Positions 1-10,501 of a stretch of DNA of 64,000 nt are shown piece by piece (within the stretch, counting starts at the first letter, position 1; each line of letters begins with the position of its first letter). The translations under genes were made by a program, and so were the position numbers. The stretch is from Nitrospiraceae bacterium (lineage in GTDB: Bacteria; Nitrospirota; Thermodesulfovibrionia; UBA6902), in contig CP070632.1 in NCBI GenBank assembly GCA_020356065.1, forward strand, positions 58,665 through 122,664. Direction: 5' to 3'. The notes beneath the pieces are model-generated. The model was not told where the DNA came from and did not search any database. It saw only the letters and a program-made list of their open reading frames with translations.

Positions 1-20
1 TATACGTAAAGGATAACCTT

Positions 21-52
21 GGCAGGGTCAGCAATGGCTCTGCCTTTTTTTT
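21..52 (+). terminator. Rho-independent terminator-like hairpin ending the gene upstream of the window: GGCAGGG-N10-CTCTGCC followed by T8
   Basis: 7-bp stem with one G·U pair, then TTTTTTTT at 45-52, seen directly. The same hairpin sequence recurs inverted at 42900-42928. Confidence 0.5.
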
Positions 53-170
53 ATTGATTTAAACCGGCAATACTAAGCCTGAACCTCGCCTGATCTATCT
101 ATAAAGCAGCAGGATTCGGTTTTTGGATCGAAGTCTTTCTTTTAAAGGGGTAAAATAGTACAATTGTTCA

Positions 171-1661
171 TTGCTTACAAGCAGTATTCATGCATATCTG
201 GAGGGAGCCTTGGAGCTATTTAATCTGAGTATCGCAGAATTACAGACCATGATCAAAAGTGGGAAGATCGGCTATGCCGAGATAGCTGATTCGGTTTTCA
301 GCAGGATAGATGCTGTTGAGGAAAGGATAAGGTCGTATGTTACATTAAATACGGAACAGGCCGTTGGTCAGGCGAAACAGGCAGACAACAATAGTACGGA
401 TGAGAAGCATGCCCTTTATGCCATGCCATTGGCAATCAAGGACAATATATGCACTGAAGGTGTGAAGACTACCTGCTCTTCAGCTATGTTAAGAAATTTC
501 ATCCCCCCCTATGAAAGCAGTGTTACGGAAAAACTGAAAGAACAGGGTTATATTCTCACAGGCAAGACAAACCTTGATGAGTTTGCCATGGGTTCGTCTA
601 CCGAAAACTCGGCATTCGGGCATACCAGGAATCCTTGGGACCTGGAGCGGGTACCGGGCGGGTCAAGCGGGGGGTCTGCTGCTGCTGTTGCTGCCGATGA
701 ATGCATTGCGGCCCTTGGATCTGATACGGGAGGGTCTATCAGGCAGCCCGCAGCTTTCTGCGGGGTTGTGGGTCTTAAACCGACATACGGAAGGGTTTCC
801 CGATATGGTCTGGTCGCTTTTGCATCATCTCTTGACCAGATAGGACCTGTGACAAAATGTGTTAAGGATTCTGCGATATTATTAAATGCCATTGCAGGAC
901 ATGATGTGTGCGACTCAACGTCTGCTGATGTACCTGTTCCTGATTTTACCGCTGAGATCGGGCAGGACATTAAAGGAATGAAGATAGGTATTCCCAGGGA
1001 ATATTTTATTGAAGGTATTGATGAGGAGGTTGAAGCGGCTGTCAAGGAAGGTATCAGGCAGCTTGAATCGCTTGGAGCGGTTCCAATAGAAATCTCCCTG
1101 CCTCATACCGGATATGCTGTGGCAACGTATTATATACTTGCAACTTCAGAAGCATCTTCAAATCTTGCACGGTATGATGGAGTCAGGTACGGAATGCGTG
1201 TTGAGGGAGATGACCTTATTGATATGTATATGCGCACAAGGGAAGAGGGATTCGGCGCTGAGGTTAAGAGGAGGATAATCCTCGGGACATACTCCCTCTC
1301 ATCAGGCTACTATGATGCCTATTATAAAAAGGCCCAGCAGGCCAGGACATTGATCAAACAGGACTTTGAGAATGCATTTGAAAAGGTTGATGTGATAGTT
1401 ACACCGACCACTCCGACACCTGCTTTTAAAGTTGGGGAAAAGATGGAGGACCCGCTTCAGATGTATCTGACTGATATTTTTACCATATCAATAAATCTTG
1501 CGGGCGTTCCGGGCATTTCTATTCCATGCGGTTTCACAGCTGCAAACCTTCCTGTCGGACTTCAGATCATAGGGAAGCATTTTGACGAGGGATCGGTACT
1601 TAAAGCAGCGTATGCTTTTGAGCAGTCCACAGAATGGCATAAGAGAAAACCGGATTTATAA
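171..1661 (+). CDS. gatA: Glutamyl-tRNA(Gln) amidotransferase subunit A (amidase family)
   Basis: Amidase signature '[12 protein letters not shown]' and '[12 protein letters not shown]', about 490 aa. It lies immediately upstream of gatB. The ORF-track start is a TTG, and the true start may be a few codons downstream. Confidence 0.9.
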   Translation: MLTSSIHAYLEGALELFNLSIAELQTMIKSGKIGYAEIADSVFSRIDAVEERIRSYVTLNTEQAVGQAKQADNNSTDEKHALYAMPLAIKDNICTEGVKTTCSSAMLRNFIPPYESSVTEKLKEQGYILTGKTNLDEFAMGSSTENSAFGHTRNPWDLERVPGGSSGGSAAAVAADECIAALGSDTGGSIRQPAAFCGVVGLKPTYGRVSRYGLVAFASSLDQIGPVTKCVKDSAILLNAIAGHDVCDSTSADVPVPDFTAEIGQDIKGMKIGIPREYFIEGIDEEVEAAVKEGIRQLESLGAVPIEISLPHTGYAVATYYILATSEASSNLARYDGVRYGMRVEGDDLIDMYMRTREEGFGAEVKRRIILGTYSLSSGYYDAYYKKAQQARTLIKQDFENAFEKVDVIVTPTTPTPAFKVGEKMEDPLQMYLTDIFTISINLAGVPGISIPCGFTAANLPVGLQIIGKHFDEGSVLKAAYAFEQSTEWHKRKPDL

Positions 1662-1679
1662 AATGACAGATGTCAAAGC
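1657..1679. repeat. Motif 'TATAAAATGACAGATGTCAAAGC' containing the palindrome TGACA-N2-TGTCA, overlapping the gatA stop codon
   Basis: About 22 of 23 positions match the copy at 4725-4747. Seen directly. Confidence 0.6.
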
Positions 1680-1814
1680 ATAAATGCCAACTGATATCAC
1701 AATTTAATCGTGAATAATGGCAGATCGTCATTTGAACTTGATTTGACATCCGGATGCAGATATCTGTAATTTCTGTGTTCACGTAACTGAAACTTATTAC
1801 GATAAGGAGCGCAG

Positions 1815-3245
1815 TTGATACAATATGAAGCGGTAATCGGACTTGAGATTCATGCTCAGTTATTGACTGACACCAAGATATTCTGCGGTTGTTCCACGGG
1901 GTTCGGTTCAGAGCCCAATACACAAACGTGCCCGGTATGTACCGGGATGCCGGGTGTGCTCCCTGTTATGAACAGGAAAGCAGTGGAGTATGTTGTCAGG
2001 ACAGGACTTGCCCTGAATTGTGATATTTCTTCGCTCAGCAGGTTTGCACGAAAAAACTATTTTTATCCTGACCTTCCCAAGGGTTACCAGATAAGTCAGT
2101 TTGAGTTTCCCCTGTGTGAGGGTGGCCATGTTGAAATAAACGGAAATGGTACCATTAAAAAAATCGGTCTGACGAGAATACATCTGGAAGAGGATGCAGG
2201 AAAAAATATCCATGAGGGTTCTGCAAACAGCAGTTTTGTTGATCTGAACAGGGCAGGGGTGCCGTTAATGGAGATCGTCTCTGAACCTGATATCAGTACC
2301 GCGAAAGAGGCAGTGGATTTTGTGAAAAAGTTAAGGACAACGGTCCGGTACATAGATGTGTGTGATGGTAACATGGAACAGGGCTCTCTGAGGTGTGACG
2401 CGAATGTTTCTGTAAGACCGGAGGGAGCAGAAGAGTTTGGCGTGAAAACAGAGATTAAAAATATGAACTCCTTCAGGTTTATAGAGAAGGCCCTTGATTA
2501 TGAAATCAAGAGACAGATTAAGGTGTTACAGGAAGGGGGAAGAATCGTACAGGAGACCAGACTGTGGAATGCTGAAAAAGGCATCACTGAATCCATGCGT
2601 TCCAAGGAAGAAGCACATGACTACCGATACTTCCCTGACCCTGACCTTGTTCCGATAGAATTTGATGTATCATGGACAGATGGGATAAGGGCAAATATGA
2701 CTGAGCTGCCTGATGTCAAGAAGGAGCGGTTCATGAATGAATGGGACATTGCGGAACAGGACGCAGAGCTCCTAGCCTCAGAGAGATCAACTGCAGAGTG
2801 GTTTGAGGAGACGGTTAAAATGGGCGGTGATCCAAAGTCAGCCTGCAACTGGATGAAGGGTGATTTTATGAAACTTCTTAATGAAGAAAATATCCAGATT
2901 GATGAGAGCAGAATAAAACCCAGAGATCTTGTCGATATGCTTGCTCTCATTGACAAGGGCACCATAAGCGGAAAGATTGCAAAAACTGTCTTTGAGGAGA
3001 TGTATAAGACCGGGAAAAAGGCCGGTATCATTGTGGAGGAAAAGGGCCTTGTCCAGATAAGTGATGCTTCGGGTCTTGAGTCGATCATTGATGATTTGCT
3101 TGCTAAAAACGCTGATGCAGTGAATAAGTTTAAGGCCGGAGAAAATAAACTGATGGGTTTCTTTGTGGGGCAGGTCATGAAAGAGACAAAGGGCAAGGCC
3201 AATCCCGGGATGGTGAATGAACTGTTAAGGAAGAAGCTCGGGTAA
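1815..3245 (+). CDS. gatB: Aspartyl/glutamyl-tRNA amidotransferase subunit B
   Basis: N-terminus 'YEAVIGLEIHAQL' is typical of GatB, and a C-terminal GatB/YqeY domain is present. TTG start preceded by an AAGGAG ribosome-binding site. Confidence 0.9.
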   Translation: MIQYEAVIGLEIHAQLLTDTKIFCGCSTGFGSEPNTQTCPVCTGMPGVLPVMNRKAVEYVVRTGLALNCDISSLSRFARKNYFYPDLPKGYQISQFEFPLCEGGHVEINGNGTIKKIGLTRIHLEEDAGKNIHEGSANSSFVDLNRAGVPLMEIVSEPDISTAKEAVDFVKKLRTTVRYIDVCDGNMEQGSLRCDANVSVRPEGAEEFGVKTEIKNMNSFRFIEKALDYEIKRQIKVLQEGGRIVQETRLWNAEKGITESMRSKEEAHDYRYFPDPDLVPIEFDVSWTDGIRANMTELPDVKKERFMNEWDIAEQDAELLASERSTAEWFEETVKMGGDPKSACNWMKGDFMKLLNEENIQIDESRIKPRDLVDMLALIDKGTISGKIAKTVFEEMYKTGKKAGIIVEEKGLVQISDASGLESIIDDLLAKNADAVNKFKAGENKLMGFFVGQVMKETKGKANPGMVNELLRKKLG

Positions 3246-3361
3246 CCGTTACTAGTTATCAGGTATCTGTAACTTTTTAATTTAATAATTACCTGATGTA
3301 TGGGGAATTAAATATATAATCTTTATTTTCTTTTAACAAATAACGATTAACTTTTAAAAAA

Positions 3362-4729
3362 ATGTCAAAAATCCTCGTTGTTGAAGACAAGACCGCAATG
3401 GCCCAGATGCTTAAGGAATCCCTGGAACTCGAAGGTTATGAAGTTATCACTGCAAGTGATGGGGCAGAGGGGATCAGGAAGATCAAAGAACGCAGTGCAG
3501 ATCTCGTTCTTACCGACCTTAAACTTCCCAAAAAGAACGGCATCGAGGTATTAAAGGCATCGAGGAATGAAAGCCCGCTAACACCGGTTATTGTGATGAC
3601 AGCGTATGGTTCGATAGAGACTGCGGTTAATGCAATGAAGCTGGGTGCGTATGACTTCATCACCAAGCCTCTTGATATTGACCATCTGAACCTGCTTATA
3701 GACAGGGCACTGAAGAACCAGAAAATTGTAGCGGAGAATTTATTACTCAAAGATGTACTTGCCGAAAGAAAAGGCATTCCCAACATAATCGGTAAGAGTC
3801 CCAGAATGCGTGACGTGGCTGATAACATTCAGAAAGTAGCGTCTGCGAGGACTACGGTACTGCTACTTGGTGAGTCAGGAACGGGGAAGGAGCTTTTTGC
3901 AAGGGCCATTCATGATCTGAGTTCAAGAAAGGACCATCCATTTGTACCGATAAACTGTGCCGCCATTCCGGGAGAGCTTCTTGAATCAGAACTGTTCGGC
4001 CATGAAAAGGGTGCCTTTACAGGCGCCACAGAAAGAAAGCTGGGAAAGCTGGAGATTGCTGACAGGGGGACGGTGTTTCTCGATGAGATCGGGGAAATGG
4101 AAATCTCTCTTCAGTCCAAGATGTTACGAGCACTTCAGGAGGGAGTTATTGAGAGAGTCGGCGGAACAGGTTCACTGAAAGTAGATGTGAGAATTATTGC
4201 TGCAAGTAATAAAGACCTTGAAGCAGCCGTGAATGAGAAAACGTTCCGGGAAGACCTTTATTACAGGTTGAGTGTGTTCCCCATAGTTATTCCTCCTCTG
4301 CGGGACAGAAAAGAGGATCTTCCGGCCCTGATAGAGCACTTCATTGCCAAATATTCGATAGAAATGAACATATCCGGAAAAGAGATCGGACCTGATGCCA
4401 TGAAGGTCCTGCATAGTTATTCATGGAAGGGAAATGTAAGGGAACTGGAGAATGTTATAGAGCGTGCAATGATCATAAGCGATACTGACCGGATAACAAA
4501 GAATGATCTCGGACTCATGCCTGCAAATCTTTCTGATGATGGACTCGCAGGAATATCAATGGAAGGAACGCTCGATGAGGCTGCAAAGGCTGCCTTAAGG
4601 ATAGTTGAGTCCCGAAGGATCAGGCATGCCCTCGAAGAGACCCATGGGAATAAAAGCAGGGCATCTGAGATTCTAAAAGTAAGTTACAAAACGTTACTGA
4701 CCAAAATCAAGGATTATAACATCGAATAA
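3362..4729 (+). CDS. σ54-dependent two-component response regulator, NtrC/AtoC family (REC-AAA+-HTH)
   Basis: Receiver domain with a D in 'LVLTDLKLP'. AAA+ σ54-activator motifs 'GESGTGKE' and 'GAFTGA'. C-terminal Fis-type helix-turn-helix. Confidence 0.85.
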   Translation: MSKILVVEDKTAMAQMLKESLELEGYEVITASDGAEGIRKIKERSADLVLTDLKLPKKNGIEVLKASRNESPLTPVIVMTAYGSIETAVNAMKLGAYDFITKPLDIDHLNLLIDRALKNQKIVAENLLLKDVLAERKGIPNIIGKSPRMRDVADNIQKVASARTTVLLLGESGTGKELFARAIHDLSSRKDHPFVPINCAAIPGELLESELFGHEKGAFTGATERKLGKLEIADRGTVFLDEIGEMEISLQSKMLRALQEGVIERVGGTGSLKVDVRIIAASNKDLEAAVNEKTFREDLYYRLSVFPIVIPPLRDRKEDLPALIEHFIAKYSIEMNISGKEIGPDAMKVLHSYSWKGNVRELENVIERAMIISDTDRITKNDLGLMPANLSDDGLAGISMEGTLDEAAKAALRIVESRRIRHALEETHGNKSRASEILKVSYKTLLTKIKDYNIE

Positions 4730-4747
4730 AATGACAAATGTCAAAGC
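4725..4747. repeat. Second copy of the TAAAATGACA-N-ATGTCAAAGC palindromic motif, starting at the stop codon of the NtrC-like gene
   Basis: Seen directly. TGACA-AA-TGTCA at 4733-4744. Confidence 0.6.
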
Positions 4748-4839
4748 TCAAATTTCAAAAAAAGTCCCACATGGAAATTGAGCATTTCGTCATTTAGTAT
4801 TGAATGGACATTTGGGTATTATCATTTGATATTTAATTT

Positions 4840-5706
4840 ATGTGGGTCTTCTACTCTCTTTTAACCGCATTTTCCCTTGCAACAAGTGATACCTTGACAA
4901 AACGCATGCTGGCCTCAAGGGACGAGTATTATGTTGCATGGGCCAGGCTGGTGTTTTGTCTTCCGCCTCTTGCATTGAGCTTTCTGTTTATCGAGATACC
5001 ATCGCTTGACAGAACATTCTGGGCTGCAACGTTCTGTGCACTTCCCCTTGAGATACTTGCCATAATTTTATACACAAAGGCCCTTAAAGTGTCTCCCATA
5101 AGTCTGACAGTCCCCTTTCTTGCTCTGACACCGCTGTTCCTGATAGGTATCTCATATATTGTCCTTGGAGAAAGAGTCTCTCTTTACGGCGGCATAGGGA
5201 TTCTTTTAATGGCTGCGGGCAGCTATGCTCTTAACCTTCATAAAATCAGCAGGGACCTGGTTGCTCCTTTTAAGGCGATATTCAGGGAAAAGGGCTCACT
5301 CCTGATGATAGCTGTGGCATTTATTTACAGCTTTACTTCATCTCTGGGTAAGCTTGCAATAGAGCATTCTTCGCCTGTTTTTTTCGGCAGCTTCTATTTT
5401 GTTCTTGTGGTGCTTTTTTTTACTCCGGTTGCCATTGCCCGAAGCAGTGAACGGCTGGTGATTTCCAGACAGGATATAACGCCGCTTTTATGTATTGGCC
5501 TTTCGTATGCAATGATGATTATTTTTCATATGATTGCCATAAGCATGACCCAGGTCTCATACATGATCTCGGTGAAGCGCATGTCTCTCTTCTTCAGTAT
5601 ATTTTACGGCTATCTGATTTTCAAGGAAAAGAATATAAGGGAACGGACCCTGGGAAGCATCATACTGTTTTCAGGATTTTTAATAATAGTCCTGGGAACG
5701 AATTAA
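4840..5706 (+). CDS. EamA/DMT-superfamily membrane transporter
   Basis: About 10 predicted transmembrane helices in two repeated halves, 288 aa. Confidence 0.55.
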   Translation: MWVFYSLLTAFSLATSDTLTKRMLASRDEYYVAWARLVFCLPPLALSFLFIEIPSLDRTFWAATFCALPLEILAIILYTKALKVSPISLTVPFLALTPLFLIGISYIVLGERVSLYGGIGILLMAAGSYALNLHKISRDLVAPFKAIFREKGSLLMIAVAFIYSFTSSLGKLAIEHSSPVFFGSFYFVLVVLFFTPVAIARSSERLVISRQDITPLLCIGLSYAMMIIFHMIAISMTQVSYMISVKRMSLFFSIFYGYLIFKEKNIRERTLGSIILFSGFLIIVLGTN

Positions 5707-5744
5707 AACATTGAACATGCTGTATAATATTCTGAATTCTTTCC

Positions 5745-5816
5745 GTTATTCCCGCTGTTTTAAGCGGGTCTCCGCTAAAGGTCGCTTCGACTCGATCAAC
5801 AGACCTCGGGAATGAC
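5745..5816. repeat. Intergenic repeat copy A. Termini GTTATTCCCGCTG ... CCTCGGGAATGAC are inverted repeats, and the core is the reverse complement of TCGAAGCGAC.
   Basis: Related to 9206-9318 and 37905-37962 by shared termini or core. Seen directly. Confidence 0.4.
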
Positions 5817-5896
5817 ATTGTTAAACCATATTGTGTATGCTGAATATTTACTCATACAAACGTTGATAGAATTATGAATTTAAATCATTCAATACA

Positions 5897-7102
5897 ATGC
5901 CCAAAATCATAGCTGACTTGCATATTCACTCCGAATTCAGCAGGGCTACGAGCAGGGAGATGAATGTCGAGGTGCTTGCATTATGGGCCAAAAAGAAGGG
6001 CATTAATTTAATAGGCACCGGTGACTTTACCCATCCCGGTCATTTCTCGAACTTGAAAAAATCTCTTGAGCCATCCTGCAGCGGTCTCTACTCAATACCA
6101 TCGGAACCTTCGATTTATTTCATGCTGTCAGCCGAAGTCAGCAGCATTTACAAACAGAAGGGAAAGGTGAGAAAGATCCACAACCTCATTTTTGCTCCGG
6201 ATTTTGACATTGCGGAAAAAATAAACGTTGAGCTTGACAGGCGTGGAAATATTTCATCTGATGGGAGGCCCATACTGGGTATATCTGCCAGGGAACTTCT
6301 GGAAATTGTACTGGATATCTCAGAGGACTGTTTATTTGTTCCTGCCCATGCATGGACTCCCTGGTTTTCGATTTTTGGCAGCAGGTCCGGTTTTGATTCC
6401 ATAGAAGAGTGTTTTGAAGAGTATTCGGAGTACATATATGCAATTGAAACGGGCCTGTCCTCAGACCCTGAAATGAACTGGAGGCTGTCCATGCTCGATA
6501 ATATAACCCTTCTCTCAAATTCCGATGCCCATTCACCTGCAAAAATAGGAAGGGAGGCAAATGTATTTCAATGCGATATGGACTATTTCGAGATTATGGA
6601 TGTGATCAGGAAGAAAGACAGAGAGAGATTTCTTTACACGATCGAGTTCTTTCCGGAGGAGGGAAAGTATCATTTCGATGGACACAGAACATGCGGCTTA
6701 TCATTTGCACCTGAACAGACGATTGAGAATGACTTTCTCTGCCCGGCATGTAAAAAGCCGTTGACAGTTGGTGTGATGAGCAGGGTTAATGAACTTGCTG
6801 ATAGACGTCAGGGATTTGTTCCTGATAATGCCGTGCAAACAAAACACCTGGTCCCATTGCAGGAAATTATTTCCGAGGCATACAGCGTAGGTGTTAACTC
6901 AAAAAAAGTGAAGAATGAATATGAGAAGATTGTTTCAACCAGCACGGAATTTGAAGTGATGTTGGACCTGACGGTGGATGAGCTACACAAGATAACAGAC
7001 AGGAAGATAGCTGAGGGGATATTAAAAGTTCGAGCGGGCGATATGTCCATTATACCGGGATATGATGGCGTTTTTGGGAAAGTATCTATTTTTTCAGATT
7101 AA
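5897..7102 (+). CDS. PHP-domain phosphoesterase with C-terminal zinc ribbon; endonuclease Q (EndoQ)-like, COG1379 family
   Basis: 'DLHIHSEFSRA', 'GTGDFTHP', 'PAHAWTPWFS', 'LSNSDAHSPAKIGRE' and 'GKYHFDGHRTC...CPACKK' match the PHP plus Zn-ribbon architecture of archaeal and Bacillus EndoQ. Recalled from memory, not searched. Confidence 0.5.
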   Translation: MPKIIADLHIHSEFSRATSREMNVEVLALWAKKKGINLIGTGDFTHPGHFSNLKKSLEPSCSGLYSIPSEPSIYFMLSAEVSSIYKQKGKVRKIHNLIFAPDFDIAEKINVELDRRGNISSDGRPILGISARELLEIVLDISEDCLFVPAHAWTPWFSIFGSRSGFDSIEECFEEYSEYIYAIETGLSSDPEMNWRLSMLDNITLLSNSDAHSPAKIGREANVFQCDMDYFEIMDVIRKKDRERFLYTIEFFPEEGKYHFDGHRTCGLSFAPEQTIENDFLCPACKKPLTVGVMSRVNELADRRQGFVPDNAVQTKHLVPLQEIISEAYSVGVNSKKVKNEYEKIVSTSTEFEVMLDLTVDELHKITDRKIAEGILKVRAGDMSIIPGYDGVFGKVSIFSD

Positions 7103-7269
7103 TCGTGAAGCAACTAACCCGATAATAAACAAAAGGTTTTTCCTGAGAAGTCCGATAATATAGTATGATTAACTTGCCCCAGTGCAGTTAAATCGGATTA
7201 CATGCATTGCTGGTAATATAAAAAAGAAATATGTTACTCTTAGGGGAATCTAACTTATAGCGGGAGGAA

Positions 7270-9174
7270 GTGTATTTGTATAAAAGTATAGCAATATGGG
7301 TCCTGTTTGGCCTTATGATGATACTGGTTTTCAACCTTCTTGAAACGTCCAAACCTGATGAAGAGATGGTGTTTTCTGATTTTACGGCTAAACTTCTGCA
7401 GGGTGAAGTGGCCGAAGTAACCATCCAGCAGCCTGAAAATCTTATTATAGGAGTACTGAAGAGCGGAGAAAGATTTAAGTCCTATGCTCCTGATTATCCA
7501 GACCTTGTTACGGAGCTTCGCAGCAAGGGTGTCAGAATTACGGCCAAACCTGAGCATACCCCCTGGTATATGAGTGTTCTGTTCAATTTCGGGCCGATCA
7601 TACTTCTTGTATTTCTTTGGGTATTTTTCATGAGGCAGATGCAGGCAGGTGGCAACAAGGCACTTTCTTTCGGCAGAAGCAGGGCAAAGCTTGTTTCTGA
7701 TAAAGGTGTGAAAATAACCTTTACTGATGTGGCCGGTATTGAAGAGGCAAAGGAAGAAGTAACCGAGATTATCGAGTTTCTTAAAGATCCTCAGAAATTT
7801 CAGAAACTTGGCGGAAAGATTCCCAAGGGAGTCATGCTTGTGGGTCCACCGGGTGCGGGAAAGACGCTGCTTGCCAAGGCGATAGCCGGAGAGGCAGAGG
7901 TGCCTTTCTTTTCTATCAGCGGGTCTGATTTTGTGGAAATGTTTGTCGGCGTGGGCGCTTCAAGGGTAAGGGACCTGTTTGAGCAGGCAAAAAAGAATTC
8001 TCCCTGCATCATATTTATAGATGAAATAGACGCGGTTGGCCGCCACAGGGGAGCAGGTCTCGGTGGTGGTCATGATGAGCGGGAACAGACATTGAACCAG
8101 CTTCTGGTGGAACTGGACGGGTTTGCTCCAAATGAAGGTATCATAGTGCTGGCAGCTACCAACAGACCTGATGTGCTTGACCCGGCCCTGTTAAGGCCCG
8201 GCAGGTTTGACAGGCAGGTTGTTGTACCGCAGCCTGACGTTAAAGGCAGGCTGGAAATTATCAAAGTCCACAGCAGGAAGGTACCTCTTGAAGATGATGT
8301 TAACCTTGAGACTCTTGCCAGGGGCACTCCAGGTTTTTCCGGAGCTGATCTTGCCAATCTTATTAATGAAGCAGCTCTGCTCGCGGCCAGAAGGTCCAAG
8401 ACAAAAGTGGCAATGATTGATTTTGAGGATTCAAAGGACAAGGTCATGATGGGCAAGGAAAGAAAGAGCATGATCATTTCTGAAGAGGAAAAAACCAATA
8501 CAGCTTATCATGAGGCAGGACATGCTCTTGTTGCCAAACTGACACCCGGAACTGACCCTCTTCACAAGGTGAGCATAATTCCTCGCGGCATGGCCCTGGG
8601 CATTACCCAGCAGTTACCGATTGATGACAGATATACATATTCTAAGGACCATGTGTTAAATATGCTTGCGGTTCTTATGGGGGGAAGGGTTGCTGAAGAG
8701 ATATGTATGAATCATGTCACCACCGGAGCAGGCAATGATCTGCAGAGGGCGACAGAACTTGCCCGTAAAATGGTTTGTGAGTGGGGTATGAGTGACAAGA
8801 TGGGACCCCTTACATTTGGAAAACGGGAAGAGCAGATTTTCCTTGGTAAGGAATTTTCAAGGCACAAGGACTATTCTGAAAAAACCGCTGAGGAGATTGA
8901 TGGGGAAGTGACAAAAATTGTTGCTGAAAGATATGACTATGCAAAAAAACTTCTTCTTGACAATAAGGACAGACTTCTCAGGATTGCAAATGCGCTACTG
9001 GACAGGGAAACCCTTGATGCATCTGAAATAGATGATTTAGTCAGCGGTAAAGAGCTGGCTCCTTCAGGAAACGGGGATAATCCGAAAAAAGAAGAGAAAG
9101 CTCCATCAGACACAGTTGAAGCAGAAAAAGTAGATGAAGCGGCAGGCGAGTCATCAGATGACTCAAAAGCATAA
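7270..9174 (+). CDS. ftsH: ATP-dependent zinc metalloprotease FtsH
   Basis: Two N-terminal transmembrane helices. AAA Walker A 'GPPGAGKT'. Zn-binding 'HEAGHAL'. GTG start after a GGGAGGAAG ribosome-binding site. Confidence 0.95.
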   Translation: MYLYKSIAIWVLFGLMMILVFNLLETSKPDEEMVFSDFTAKLLQGEVAEVTIQQPENLIIGVLKSGERFKSYAPDYPDLVTELRSKGVRITAKPEHTPWYMSVLFNFGPIILLVFLWVFFMRQMQAGGNKALSFGRSRAKLVSDKGVKITFTDVAGIEEAKEEVTEIIEFLKDPQKFQKLGGKIPKGVMLVGPPGAGKTLLAKAIAGEAEVPFFSISGSDFVEMFVGVGASRVRDLFEQAKKNSPCIIFIDEIDAVGRHRGAGLGGGHDEREQTLNQLLVELDGFAPNEGIIVLAATNRPDVLDPALLRPGRFDRQVVVPQPDVKGRLEIIKVHSRKVPLEDDVNLETLARGTPGFSGADLANLINEAALLAARRSKTKVAMIDFEDSKDKVMMGKERKSMIISEEEKTNTAYHEAGHALVAKLTPGTDPLHKVSIIPRGMALGITQQLPIDDRYTYSKDHVLNMLAVLMGGRVAEEICMNHVTTGAGNDLQRATELARKMVCEWGMSDKMGPLTFGKREEQIFLGKEFSRHKDYSEKTAEEIDGEVTKIVAERYDYAKKLLLDNKDRLLRIANALLDRETLDASEIDDLVSGKELAPSGNGDNPKKEEKAPSDTVEAEKVDEAAGESSDDSKA

Positions 9175-9205
9175 TTAGTATTTTTCCATAACTAAAACCT
9201 TGAGT

Positions 9206-9318
9206 GTCATTCCCGCAGTCTGATGAACAGGAATCCAGAATTTTAAGTAAGTTCTGGTCGAAGCGACTCGTCGCGTAGACTCACTCCAATATACCCGATT
9301 AAGCACTTCGGGCATGAC
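9206..9318. repeat. Intergenic repeat copy B. Termini GTCATTCCCGCAG ... CTTCGGGCATGAC; core GGTCGAAGCGACTCG.
   Basis: Seen directly. Same family as 5745-5816. Confidence 0.4.
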
Positions 9319-9395
9319 AAAAATTGGATAGGGTAATTTATGGACATTCTAAATCACTGATTTCTAAGTAAAACTCATATTCCCATCACTAATAA

Positions 9396-10235
9396 ATGAA
9401 ACTCACATGGAAAAACTACAGTTTTGACTTTTTACTAAAGACCTATATTATGGGCATTCTCAATGTAACGCCAGACTCCTTTTCTGACGGCGGACGGTTC
9501 CTTGATGAACAGAGCGCAGTTCAACAGGCGCTAAGAATGGTGAAGGAAGGCGCGGATATTATTGACATAGGTGGAGAGTCCACCCGGCCCGGGGCTGATC
9601 CTGTCTCAGCAAAAGAAGAAATAAGACGCGTGGTGCCGGTCATCAGGACGCTAGCAAAAAAAATAAAAGTGCCCATATCAATTGACACATGCAAGGCCAA
9701 AGTTGCTGATGAGGCGGTCTCTGCAGGGGCCTCGATAATCAATGACATCAGCGGTCTGAGATTTGACAGAAGAATGGCCAAAGTTGCTGTACAGCACAAA
9801 GTCCCAGTGGTGATCATGCATATACGGGGAACACCTGGAAACATGCAGAAACATCCTGTCTATAAAGCACTCATCCCTGAGATCATGGATTACCTGCGAG
9901 TGGGCATTGATATTGCCCTGAAGGCCGGAATGCGCGAAGACATGATAATAATCGATCCCGGTATAGGTTTTGGAAAAACTGTAAAGCATAACCTTGAAAT
10001 CATTAACAGGCTGGATGAGTTCAAGGGATTTGAAAAACCGATACTCCTGGGTCCGTCCAGAAAGTCCTTTATCGGTAAGTTATTGGGGAACCTGCCAGTT
10101 ACAGATAGGCTTGTGGGTACAGCGGCTGCCATCGCGATCGGTATATCAAAAGGGGCAAACATTATAAGGGTACATGACATTGAAGAGATGACCAGAGTTT
10201 CAAGGATTGCGGATGGAATAACAAGAATAAGCTGA
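9396..10235 (+). CDS. folP: Dihydropteroate synthase
   Basis: 'GILNVTPDSFSDGG' pterin-binding start and a DHPS TIM-barrel. In the ftsH-folP neighbourhood common in bacteria. Confidence 0.85.
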   Translation: MKLTWKNYSFDFLLKTYIMGILNVTPDSFSDGGRFLDEQSAVQQALRMVKEGADIIDIGGESTRPGADPVSAKEEIRRVVPVIRTLAKKIKVPISIDTCKAKVADEAVSAGASIINDISGLRFDRRMAKVAVQHKVPVVIMHIRGTPGNMQKHPVYKALIPEIMDYLRVGIDIALKAGMREDMIIIDPGIGFGKTVKHNLEIINRLDEFKGFEKPILLGPSRKSFIGKLLGNLPVTDRLVGTAAAIAIGISKGANIIRVHDIEEMTRVSRIADGITRIS

Positions 10236-10391
10236 TTAATAAGCAGTTTGCTCTATTTATAATTTTTCCCTCTCAAATTATTTATCCATTTTTTTCTCAT
10301 TATCTAATCACAAGTATTTTCCATATAGATATTAAAGTTTTAATTTTTCTGTTCCGATAAGTACTTAACTATACAACATAATGTACTAAAC

Positions 10392-10406
10392 GGCTCAATA
10401 ACTGCG
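10392..10406 (+). promoter_or_regulatory. Candidate σ54 (-24/-12) promoter 'CGGCTC-N6-CTGC' upstream of the pilin-like gene
   Basis: GG at 10392-10393 and GC at 10404-10405 with the canonical 10-nt separation. Type IV pilins are often σ54-dependent. Confidence 0.3.
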
Positions 10407-10501
10407 GATGTTGTGAATTATGTTAGATCACATAAAAAAGACCTAGAATTAAATTCCATGAATTTTTCTGCAGGAAGAAATCTTTTAAAAGGAGGAGAAA
10501 G

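Noticed and set aside
548-1106. Antisense ORFs (165 aa, 63 aa) and a same-strand out-of-frame 89-aa ORF (574-843) nested inside gatA. Similar shadow ORFs lie inside gatB, ntrC, ftsH, rnr, cobA/hemD, rpsA, the molybdopterin oxidoreductase gene, copA and others.
   Set aside because: They lie entirely within strongly supported genes and have low-complexity composition. They are typical shadow ORFs.
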